From: Ophelia neglecta
Lineage: Eukaryota
Direction of reading: 5' to 3'
DNA: 64,000 nucleotides
NCBI GenBank assembly: GCA_965285935.1
Contig: OZ260661.1
Span: forward strand, 34,658,001 to 34,722,000
The position numbers and the translations under genes are program-made. This document shows, one piece after another, positions 25,601 through 38,112 of the stretch. Position 1 is the stretch's first letter. Every line of letters begins with the position of its first letter. Below the pieces are notes generated by a model. The model had not been told where the DNA came from. It did no database searches and saw nothing but the letters and a program-made list of their open reading frames with translations.

Positions 25601-28600
25601 CCATTCTCACATTATATAACGCATGAGACCAGGCGAACTTCTCGTACATCAGCGCTGGTCCATCTGCTTACCGGCAAAAACACTTTAAGGGTGCTTCTGA
25701 TCGTAATGCAAGAAACTCAGATGGAAACTATTTAGAAATACCAAGAGTTGTGTTACTTTTATAGCTAAACATGATATGTATGTCATTAGTAATTGACATA
25801 TTTCATACCCTGAATGCTCATGCAATTAAGTTTTTTTTACGAAATCATGCAGATCAAAGCTTTTCAATTCATTTCCCCTAAATTAAATAGAAAACCACAA
25901 ATTTGAACCGTCTCGGTGTGTCTCTGGGAAGATATCAATCTCACCACTTTACTATATATATGTTATTTTTTACCCACAAGTACATGTTTAAGGCATGTTC
26001 ATGACTAGATTTACCGCCTTCTTGTCTTGATTTTACGCCTTCATATTCAAGGTTAGTTTTTGGAATAAATTGGCACAGAGCGTTTCTCATCGTTGCTTCC
26101 ATCGTTTGTTATCAGAAAAAATCTTTTATAAAGCTTGAGGAATAATGCGGCAATACATGTTGAACTTGGCTTTTTGTTAAATCCGTTTAAATTATGTTCA
26201 GTCGTTGACAGTACAGAATGACTGTATGTGCAACCTAAATGGTGCGAAAGATAATGCCATTTTGGAATAATTAGGGACTCATTCCGAGAATGCGAATAAA
26301 ACTGCAATTTAGATTTTTTTAAAGAATTAAGCCATGAATAGGCAGTGGAGTTAATTCGAAATAGTCTAACATCCAATTCTGTTTACTCAAATGCTTACTT
26401 TGTGACTTCAAAACAGAAACAGTGTTTCAAGTCTGCCACAAAAAAAAGTTTAATCAGTACTAGCAACTTTTACTCTCCTTTAAATGGGGCTTTTTTGCCG
26501 TTTATACAAATTAATCAAATGAAGTAGCGTCGTTTATATGCGTGTCCTACATGCCGTAACTCCCTAACTTCCCATCCATTGTCATTACCTGTATAACTTT
26601 TCAGCCGCATTATGCGTATCTCAGGAATGTATTCGCCATTTCAATGTGCGGTTTTATATATTAATGTCTAGCTATTAATTGGATTGGTGTAGCGATAACT
26701 TAAACAATTGCCTGTTTCATTTAATATGGCCTTAACCCACAGTGCCTCCATCGATCCCATAGAGGAGTGATAATCTGACGGACTAATAAATGAAGTTCTT
26801 CGGCGCTAAAGAGGCTGTTCTTGTATGCTTTCCGGGTAGTCGACACGGTTCATGGATTATATAAATGAGACGTCCAATCACAGGAGGTAATTGGACGTCT
26901 TGTGAGGAGGCCTAGCCTGGAACAAGACCTTATCTTACCTAGATAGGTACAGCACTCTTATCAATATTTTCTTGCAAAAGCACAATTTATAAACTAATAT
27001 AAAACCACTTGCAAAGACTTTCCTATTCCACGGCATCCATTATTCCTCCACCGGATGTACCGTCACATTATGTAGGCCCGTGTTGTGTGCATAAAACATG
27101 AGCGAATGGTGCCAAATGAGACGAACTTGGGCACACATACATGCCTTTCACACTTTGGTTAAATCAGACCTACAAGCCATGTTTTTTTTTCGCTTTTCTT
27201 ATGGAATTATAGTCCAAAGTTGCGCTATGTTTTTGTCATCAAAATAGGCTCCACACGTTTATTTTCAATCCAACACACGTTATCTTACACAAAATTACAT
27301 GATTATGCTATGTTTTTTTTCCTTTGAAGATAACGCCGGTCTGTAATCAAATGATCTTAAAGAAACCGGATTTCCAAATGTGTGGGGAATTACTTTAAAA
27401 AAGGGGGTGGAAACACGGGAGACGAAGCAACATCATTTATGAAGAAAAAGATCGTTTTAAAACCATAATGAACCAGCAGCCACAGCATAGGTAGGAGTAG
27501 ACCTCGGACATCGATAAACGTGTTCCTGTAGTAAAGGAGTACCGTCTATTCATTGTCGTCTGCCTGAAGCAATGGATAGGGTTCACCAACTGTACCTACA
27601 TATACATCCCATAGGGAAGAAGCTTCCCAATGTTTTAAGCTCCAAAATCTTGAAGCATAACTTTTTACAATTTACCATGAACAACCGTTATAAAGGAACA
27701 CCATAATATGTTATCCGAAGATTATTCCTGTTTTGACTATTATTTGTTTCAATTCGTCGAAAACTCCGACCGCGCCAGCGCTACAGCCACGAAATAACTT
27801 GACCGATAACAAAAAGTAGAGGATGTAAACAAACACGTATTATCAGCCATCAGCGAAAGAAACTGGTTGTCCCATTAGAAAGGGGGGATGTTTCGACCGC
27901 AAGGCATTGAGCTCTTGCAACGGAAAACAAGGGCACATACGACCATATTGCCAATGAGAATGCCAAATGAGCTCAGAAATCAGTGTACACGTTTTGAGAC
28001 AAACCTTATTTCGGCTCAGAGTAACTTCTTGATTTCGTCACGGGACTATTAAGGTTACACCAAACAAGCTCTATTTCATCTAATAGAGATTATTTTCAGA
28101 TTATATTTCTACATTTAATCATGTGAAGCAGCCACAATCTGGTTTGTAAATAACAAGCCATTCCGGTTGCTCATTACCCAGAAGAACGGGCCTGTCATTT
28201 CAAAATCTTTTTCACTTCGGGGAGTTCCCTACCCAATACACTACACTATGAACGGAACAGCTGCAGATCTTAACCCAGCATATTCGCTTATAAAGGTAAC
28301 CAATACTTATAAATGAACAGCACTGCATGTTAATTACACAGACATCATTGTAATCAATGTCGCAAACAATATAAAATATCAATAAGCAGTAATCATGCTG
28401 ATCACAAACTGTCTAGATCCTTGGCACTGGGGGGAGTGGGGGGGGGGGGGTTAGGGGGTGCTTCGGATGAGCATGGACAACTGTTTTGATGGCAAGTGTG
28501 ATCAAGATATCTTTTTAAAAGCTTTTTATCATGAATTTTATTTAAAAAACCTGGCCTCGTGTTTTTAAAAAAGTCCCGATTTCTTATCCATTCACATTAA

Positions 28601-31600
28601 ATGGCTAAAGAATCCGCAACAGGGGCTGGGGATTGATATTTGTGTGCCTGCAGCTGCTAGTTCCTGATGATATGGAACCCATTTAACGCATTATTCTCGA
28701 AAAATGATTTTACTTTGTCTGTCGGATATCATCCGCCGTTTTCTCTTTCATCCAGATAGTTATAAAGGTCAAACTCGTATCCGTCTTGTCCGATTAGGTT
28801 CTTTTCTTTCCAGTTTATTGGGAACGAACTTGCCCACAGGCCTTTTATGTACTACTTTATTCTGCTCTAACGAAGCTAAATTGAAAAACCTGCATATACG
28901 CTAAGAGGTTTGTTCATTTATATTTGGGTTAAACAAACAAAGTCACCATGAAATTGTGTTCATTTCGCATCAACGCGCACTATATTTTAGTTGAGTTAAT
29001 ACGGTGTGACAGACGGCAATTAATAGTGCTGAAAGAGAAGGAAACGCATGCTTTTGATTCAAGGAAATACAACATGATGTGAAAGGGTTCCTTACTTTGT
29101 ATGTCTTCATTGACAGCGTGGCCAAAAGTGTCGTGTTATCTTCTAGAATGACGTCTGCCTTATATCGATCGCGCGAGAACCAGTGGTAAGTTGAAAGGTA
29201 TCCTCAGTAGGAAGGAAATTACGTTGGTCAGAATTTCGTTCTAGGGCCCCTCACCTATACCACCATCGTGCCGGATGTGGCAAACAAATACAAACTAGAT
29301 AATCAGAAAAAGCTGCGGTCGGAGTTATCGAAGATCACAACATTTGGTCAATATTAACTTTGTGAGGTTTAGATTATAACAACACCACATGGTTATACTT
29401 ATAGCCAACGTAATTCAGACAATGCTTTTTAAGGATATTAAACTTTATAACTAGAAATAGTTAAGTAACATAATATTCATATTATCTCGCTAGAGACACC
29501 TTTGTGAAAATCGGCCATTATTAATTAGCACGAAAAACTGAGTAATATTGATCCAAGGATAATTAGTAATTAAAGATGAGTCGCATTTGATTCTTTGTGT
29601 AAGCAGTTACAGCAAATGAGTCAAATAACCAGTATTATACTCTGTCAAGAGTATACCTAGGTCCCATGTCAAAGATTATCAGGAAAAGCACGAAACACAT
29701 AATGGTATATGTGATGAGACAAATTGTCCAGAAAATGGAGTAATTTTCAAATAAATGAGGGACATTAGGTCAGATATACATGAGAAATAATATATAATGG
29801 TCCTCTCTTTCTGAGGGTCTTAATGATAATCAGTGCAAGATTAACTGGCGTCGCTAATGCCGTTATGTTCATGTTAGACTGAGAAATGCAGGCTGGGAGT
29901 TTTCAAAAGATATCTCATGACAGCGCCCACTCTTCTTAAATACACACCAATATAACAAAATCATTTTTCCCTGTTTATGCACTCTTTGGTGTCTATACAT
30001 CCCGAAATTCTGAGGCGGTTTAGTGTCCCGTATAAAATATAACTTAAATGGGCAGGAGATAAGACATTGATTAATAAGTTATTTTAGAAGAGCGTCTCAT
30101 TATGCAGCGTATTGAGTTTTTGAAACTGTCATTAGCAACATTTTCCAGAAAAGAAAAAGAACAATGCGAGAACTACGTTTTTGTCGTTTATGTATAATAC
30201 GGGTTTTTAACATAGCTATTGGCAGATATGTTTCATCCATTTATTAAGCGAAGGCGTTTTTATTCAGCAGGTAATCACGATTCCTTCGATACAATGTATT
30301 GGCACTTATCATGTCTCCTTTATTCCCTTCCCTTTTTTTCTTTGCCTTAAAAGGTTATTTTACTGCTTGGGAGCTGCAGGTAGATGTAATGATTTTTGTA
30401 GGGCTGTGACTGCTGGCTGCTGATGATTTTGATACGGTTAATCGAATCTTCTAGAGTAATGCTTGGTTTTGTCTGCCGGGTATTTACATGTCTTCATTAT
30501 CATTTCAAGAATAGGTCGTTTGGCTAAAATCTTTCCTTGGTTTGCTATGGAATTTTTCGACAAAGCTATTTTGGTATTTGCTTGAAGTATGAACCATTAA
30601 GCCAAGCATTCAGAGTCGATAAGAAGAGGAGTTTCAAAATTTAAAAATGTATCTTGTCAAAATACAAAACCGAGATTCACTCCTTGTTAGTACACCGGCC
30701 TTAGGCTGTAATCGCATGCTTGCATGATGGGAATCAATCAGCCGTGAAATTGATAAAGGAGAAATCCTCTTGAAGAGAAGTCTGCTGAGTTCGCATCAAT
30801 GGACACATTATTGAGAAGAAGGACTACAAACGTCGCGCTGTATGGATTTTTTATGGAATGCTTCTTTCCGCAGGTCTTGGAAACCGCCTGCTTATCTGGT
30901 TGAATAAACTAACTGCAGTGTGTTGTATGTACGTGTAGGCGGGTGGTCGCGGAGGAGGTTGAGGGTTGTTGGGTTGTGAGAGGAAGGTAGGAGATTTGAG
31001 GACAATTTTAGCGCTGTGTAACATTGATTGCTTGTTTAAAGGCACAGAATTTTACCCCAACGGTATTCATCATAGTATCTATACTGCTCTGTTTTCGTAA
31101 TGTATTCTCAGATTTCGTTTCAACATAATTATTTTAGTTATACTTATCATGACTCATGACTAGGTAATTAATGGTTTCAATGTTGCTTGGTCTCTTTTTA
31201 ATGAAATAGCCCTACTTACATGCTTCTTCGAAGGAATTATTAGTACGCTTCAGATTTAGTGAATTTACTGTTTTAAGTAACCTTTAAAAGGTCGCTGCCT
31301 CCATTCAAAGTTACTTTCATAAAATGAACCATCTGTGGTAATATAATTTAAAGAGATCACGGGCCATGTACGCAAGCTTGTATAGAAATAATGAAATGTC
31401 TTAATTATTTGTCTGATTTGGAAGACGAACCAATAGCCTAATTAAGCAATCAACTCTAAAATTGCCACTGTCCATTCGCAGATTAATCACTTTGTTGACT
31501 TGGGTGGCATATAAGCCACACGCCCGTCACCCAAACTGAGCTTAGTAAGCTTACTGAAAGTTGTAAACAACATGCAGAGTAGAACAGAATGACACTGGGT

Positions 31601-34600
31601 GCAGTAACCGGTTGTATAAGGTCAAGCAAAGATGACTAGGCACGTCGTTTAAATAGCGCCTGCGGCCATGCTTGTCGCCTAGAATGCAACGTACTAAGCA
31701 AAAGTCTCACAGTCCAAGAAAGACATTCTTAACAGTATGAGAGGGCTTCACTGCCTTGCTTTGATCGTCCCCCTGATGGGCTGATCAAAGGAAACTTCGC
31801 GACGGGTTGTCATTTCTAAAGGAGCTGTCGAGTTACATGGGATTTCGTCCTGCTTTCATGTATTGCCTAGCGTTACCGGCGATACATTATTTAATCTTGG
31901 AAGCTATGTCAGTGAGCGGATTGACTTTTTTCATTTTTTATCTGCTCATTGTGCGCTATATGCTGTTAGGATAATTAATATATACTCATTTGCCACGTTA
32001 AAGGGGAGAAGTACATTATTATAATCATAGTGTTACTTATTTTCACCTGCATGTCTATCTATATAGATTGTTACATAAGGCAAGCAAAAAGCATTTAAAA
32101 ACTTTTTTCTGTTAGACCTGCGTTTGATAAAGGGGCAGATCAGACGACCAAGTATACCATCATAATGTTCTCGAAATATTGATACAATTGTATTAACAAG
32201 TTGAACTATGTAAGAACAAACATATAAGTAGGCGGTGATAATAAATTGCAAAATTCCGTTTTGAAATTCAAATGTAACCTTACAACAACTATAAACAGAT
32301 ACACTGAATATTGAAAAAACGATAACGTTGAAATAAAATAAAAGGTTTAAATATATGAATGAACAACCGAATAAACTGTCACCACAAAGGATTTCACCTT
32401 GAAAGATCACATACTTATGTACTCACCAATATTGTAATCCTGCACTTAGCACTTAATGAAGGGATTTGTTATTTAATTATTTCGCATCCTCGTGGGAGGG
32501 AGTACTGCATTTAACATTATAGCATATGTAAATTCAGAACCTGGCCATAATAAAACTATTGTGTTTGCATGATGCTGGACGTGATTTTGCCTGGTAGCGT
32601 GTACCTACAGAGCTCAACATAGGCATACGGTTTCCAAGGTTTGCGTATAGTTCGCAACTGCGCTTTGAAGCTCCCGCGAGCATCACCTTATGACCTGGTA
32701 CTCTTTTTGTTTTTATTATCTGATCCGCACTTTTAATTTGTACGTGCAAATACTCATCACTCCCATGAGCAAGGACAATTGGAACCAAAACACATGATTT
32801 TATATCCATAATATGCATGTTGAAAAAATATGGCCAACTCGTAAGTGAATTGACAACGAATATTGGTGAAAATCCCTTATATATGGTCAGGCGCAGAGTT
32901 GTGACCAATAAACTAAAGCCTTATAGCAACAGTGTCGAAAATAGCATAGAGTATTGGCGATACCGACTCGCACATGTTATGCGAATTAGAGCTGATTAAC
33001 AGGTATTTATCCACGAGTCGATAAATTACGTATGCAACATTATGAGAGCGTAGCCTATTGTAACAGCTTCTTCTAAATATATATATATATATACAACGCG
33101 GAAGCAAAACACAGAAATAATTCTCTGTTGGTTGAATTCGCTTGAATAGCAACATTTATAACACAGGATAACCTAATGCAGGGCTGTTTTGCGTCCGTTA
33201 AAGCCATTGGTTTGCTTTGCCAAGATTCACAGTCCTTGTTCTTTATTTAATTGATAAACCAATGACCATGGTATGTGCTGCGTTTTGCTAAGTGGCCTGC
33301 ATATTTTGGACCTACACGACGACCCAATAAAAAGTATCAGCCACTTACAAATCCGGGCTAGGCATGGTCACTGGGATAGACTCCTTGGTCTAATAAAGCA
33401 TGATATCATTTCTAACATAAGATGGTGTCTCCGATATTCGTCGTCGATATTGCTCATGCTTAGCTAACTAAAAGAGTAGCACCCCAGAAAAGAAAACCTG
33501 TCTAGGTCAGTGGCTTATCTAATAATCAGACTTTCAGAGGCATCACCAAATATCAACGATATCAACACAAGTATGACCAAACTCTGCATTTGATTTTGTT
33601 TGCAGTGCTTTTTTTGGCAAGCACCAGGGAAATAAGTGCATTATCAAAGTTTAGCCTGCAAACATTTAAATTGATTGACTCTAGTATTTTGTATTTTATT
33701 TAAACTGCTGGAATGAACATAGGAAAAGACGAACTTATATAAAGAATGGAAAAGCAAGTTAAAATCACATGCATTATAATCACATGCATTATTGAATTAT
33801 AAGGAGTTCAGTCCGTCAACGTTATGCTTAAACGTACACTAAATCATTATATAATGCGAGAAAGAAGGAATTTTAATATAATGTTTTTGAGTAATTGATT
33901 TAAGAAGAATGGCGGCTCATACAATATTTTACTCGACCATTAAGTCATAATTGTACCTCTTCTGGGATTTGTTACGTCCTGTAGTTATATCCCTTTGAAG
34001 ACCATGTTGCGCTGATGTACGTGACTTTTATAATTGGACCCTTGTAGGTAGTAACCACATGGTGTGATATGTTTATTGGAAAAAGTATACAGTTTTACCA
34101 AGATAAAAGGCTCAAGTACGGCATGGTGGAGAAGCTGATAAGAGATACGGGGTACTTAAATCTCTGTTCTATGGGTACCGGTTGCGGTATGGGGTAGGGT
34201 TAAAGATAAAATATTACAGTAACGATTATTAATATAACCTTGCTCTAACCCTTATCCTGTTTCTACGTGTTGTTTTCCTATATACCCACATATATTTAAC
34301 AGATATCAACGAGAAGTAGTCAGCAGTAGTTGGATATGTAGATAGCACACATGACACGCAGTAATATATGTCTTATATCAATTGCCTTCAAATAATTATG
34401 TTTCACGTGGGTTTCAACGTATCTTAACAACGCCATAAGGTAAATCCATTGTCCCAGATTCATTTGATGGTTTAGGCGGTGGAAACTGGTAATTTAGAAC
34501 ATACGCACTTCATACCAACAACAATCAAATGATTTTTATTTAAAAACAGAACTATAACTTTTGTATGACAAATTTTGCTCTCATTTTATTCACAATAAGG

Positions 34601-35081
34601 GCCTGAGAATTGTGGGCCTGAAGCTTCGAGGTGATTATTATGTCCGATTTGAAAGGAATTTGCGTTTTTATGGTTGATTTCACCTTGTCTACCGTGTATA
34701 AAATCCCATTTTTGTCACCTTTACCTGCTCAATACCCACCTTTTCATAAACGTGTTCAGTGTAGGGAACCGGATATTTATTTGGTATATTAACAAAAGTA
34801 AACAGTTTGAGGACTCTTTAACGTCACCCTCTACTATCTACGAACGCACACTCAATATATTAATTATGATCATACATTTTGCTATGCACAGTTGCCCTAA
34901 ATCGGGGACAACACAATATTCACCCAGAGAGCCAAAAGAAAATTTTAACTAAATACTGGCTTTGGTCATTGCTTTAGACTCTGATATGGAGATTAAAAGT
35001 CGTAGACTTAATTAATTGATACTTTGAGGTAGGTCCGTACTTAAGAAACTGAAATGGTGATTATAAAGCATGGACTGTTCA

Positions 35082-35360
35082 AACTGAATGATACTTTAGT
35101 GTGATTTGGTGCTTTTAGAATATTGCTTGATCTTAGGATGTAAATATGACTGCTTTGATTCTTTTAAATATTACTTTACTTACCATATAGTTTAGTCTCA
35201 AATATAGGTCAACAAATGGTCCACATTTTGATTACGAATCATAGAGTGAACTGAATGATACTTTTCGGGTGGCGTATTGCTTTAAGAATAGAGCTTGAGC
35301 TAAGGATGTAAAAATGTACACATTCATTCCACTTACATATTAACTTACTTAAAATATTTC
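35082..35360. repeat. Old diverged tandem duplication, period about 167 bp
   Basis: AACTGAATGATACTTT occurs at 35082 and 35249. Each copy is followed by collinear TGCTTT.AGAATA..GCTTGA...AGGATGTAAA and ATATTA..TTACTTA. Confidence 0.75.
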
Positions 35361-38016
35361 TGTAAATATCGCTTGATTCTGTTCAAAGTGTGTCCCAAAA
35401 AGTTGTGCTCCGTCAGAACTGACAGGTTATTCCGGGCTCCCTGCTACATTTAAATACCTATCAAAGAAGGGGTTGATCCTCATTTCAATCAGTAATTGTC
35501 GTCATTCATTCTCAATATTGCACCAAAACGCTAACAAAGAAGTCGTATTTAAAAGGTGAGAAGTTCGGGTGTTGATACCCGGCGGACACAATGAAGTCAT
35601 TAAGAATGTCTTCGATTTTGAGAAAAGGGCTACTAGTTCTCAGCCTTATTGAAGCCTCCTTATATTTAAATAATGGGCATCAGTTAAGTAGTTTTCATAA
35701 GGTAAGTCAGATTTACATGTAACGTAGAGAAAAAGTTTATAATATGCCAATGCTTTGCGGCTACTAATGATTTTGCACCTTTTTTCCCACTTCAATATAA
35801 TATAATTGAATAACGATCTTCTTTGACAGCCAGTTAGCCACTGCCGTTTGTTTCGAATTAATATCTACTTGATCCAATTGATTGTTCCTATGTATTAATA
35901 GGGCACAGTGGTTAGATCAGACGATAGCAGACCGTGCTATAGCAAGATGAATGGATGGCATAAGGAAAGTCCAACATTCTGCCCTGCCTTTGCCAACAGC
36001 GAGGTACAAAAGAAAGAAAGACGGTGGCCCTATTGAACCCCTTGGTAGCTATGGTTGACAGATCGCCCTACTCCACATTATTCGGTACCAAATGACAACC
36101 TAAATATCAAATTCAAAAAGATTTAGTCAAGAGTTGGCCACTAATTTCGATCAGTTAAACCTTTAAACGAGTGATTTCGTGGCTGGGCTAAATTCACCCA
36201 ACCTTTCTATCTACTGGGAATGCTCATCACATTGTCTTGGCTTACACAATATTAGAAATGTTCTGATATAAATTAATTAATTGCAGTAATAAAAGGATAC
36301 GGCAAAAATGAGAATCATTGCTTCGACAGAACTAATTAATTCCCAGATAACACTCAGATGTGAGGGGTACTATCTTGAGCAAATTAAATGTCAACATCGA
36401 TATATTTCATATCCATATAACCGTCATGTAATGGAGACAATTCTGTTTTCACCATTTAAAATGTACTGTTCAATATAGTTCAACTAAACGATGTTTACTG
36501 GGAAGTACATATTGACAAACGAGGACGTCGTAATTTGTTCCGATGCCACTTGACCAATGTATACGGTTATGTTTACCCTTAAGTTTGTTTAAATATTAGC
36601 TTCCGGCTTTCCCAAGCCTTTCAATTGGAACCAAGACTAATGTGAAATCTAGTAGGTTTGACAGTAGAAAACAGATCATAGGCGAAAGGTAACAATTTTC
36701 TGCAATATTACTAAAACATCGTTATGAAAGCTAGTTTGTTTAACTTTCTTGTTAAACTATCTTTCATGAATATTCGGGAGTGGATTGCTCGTAGATGATC
36801 CAAATAGAAAATCAGAAACAGTCCATTAGTTCTATCCGAAAGCACAAGAACCGTCAACTCTAAATACACTTAGTGAGGTTCACTTTTGCAATAACAATGT
36901 AGACATTTTCGAAACCCCCCGTGTTCCCTGAAATTATAGGCTCCAAAGTGGTTAAGTGTCGACTGCTACTTGGTCTCAGGCAACTCATTAGCATAATTTG
37001 GACATCAGTCACTGACGATAGGGAGACCAGAGATCGACCGTTTATTAGATGATGCTGTCTCGTGTCTGACGTCTATTCCTTATTCAATTAACCCGAATGG
37101 GTCAATTGAATTATATGTTTCACATCCTCTCTATTAGGTATGTAGGCAAAGCAAACAGCAGACTTGGGTTCACATACAGTAATACCCAGCTTCCAAGAAG
37201 TAAATGAACTTGCATGGAAAATATTTTTTTAAAGAAATGAAAAATGAAGTTGATATTTCTTAGAATGAGAAATAGTCAATCATTTTTCATAATGCGAGTC
37301 ATATCAAAAGTCAGATTATTTTCAACATACCAAGTGTGGGAATTGTTTTTCTCACATGCATGAAACACCAACAGATTCTTGGTCTGTATCATAATAGAAA
37401 GTTTGGAAGTTATATTACGTAGGAACTATGCATATTGAATATCATCTACTAAGTGAGGTATACCCAAGTATAGATGCAAAAGAGGAGTGAATGCCAGACA
37501 TGGTCAATGATCAAGAGCGGTATACCAGATACCGCCATGATAAGTAAGAACAGGTCCACGAAAGTCAGCTAGCAGTACTATAATTGTCAATATGATATGA
37601 TTGGACCGGCTACATTATATTGAGAATCACCAATTCACTTTATGACCATGGCCGAGTTAAAAAGCAGTCTCTATATTAATATATAAACATTTGCATAATA
37701 CGCCTTCTTAGAATAAAAAAACGACGCCCACCCCTTTCCCCAGCCCATAGGCCCACACGTACCAGTTTTCCGTATTTTTTTTTTGCAATTGCTTATACAC
37801 GAAACTTTCGATGCCGCTTATATCAACATTGACTAGTAAGTTATAGTTTACACTTGTAGGCATACCATTAGGAGTGTTCAGGGGGCCGGGGGTTAGGTGT
37901 GGGTGCGTGTTGGGGGTGGGGGTGATTGCGGCCTGGTTTTTCTGTCGCGTGCCACAGATATACCTCCATTTCTTTTTAAAGAAAAGAGCACTAAACGGAA
38001 TGCCTAAACATAAGAT

Positions 38017-38112
38017 TTCAACTTTTTGAAGTTAATATCTTTCAACTTTTTGAAGTTAATATCTTTCAACTTTTTGAAGTTAATATCTTTCAACTTTTTG
38101 AAGTTAATATCT
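38017..38112. repeat. Perfect minisatellite, 4 x 24 bp (TTCAACTTTTTGAAGTTAATATCT)
   Basis: Four identical adjacent copies starting at 38017, 38041, 38065 and 38089, with no spacers. Confidence 0.97.

Noticed and set aside
31998-32515. Kolobok-like MITE bounded by TTAA
   Set aside because: The putative TIRs (TTAAAGGGGAGAAGTAC versus GTACTGCATTTAA) match too poorly to support the call without copy alignment.
32033-32908. ORFs of 125 aa and 124 aa as genes
   Set aside because: There are no recognisable domains, the starts are non-ATG, the composition mirrors AT-rich non-coding DNA, and there is no supporting splice structure.
38017-38112. CRISPR-like array (24-bp partly palindromic repeats)
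   Set aside because: The repeats are directly adjacent with no spacers, there are no cas genes, and the context is eukaryotic.
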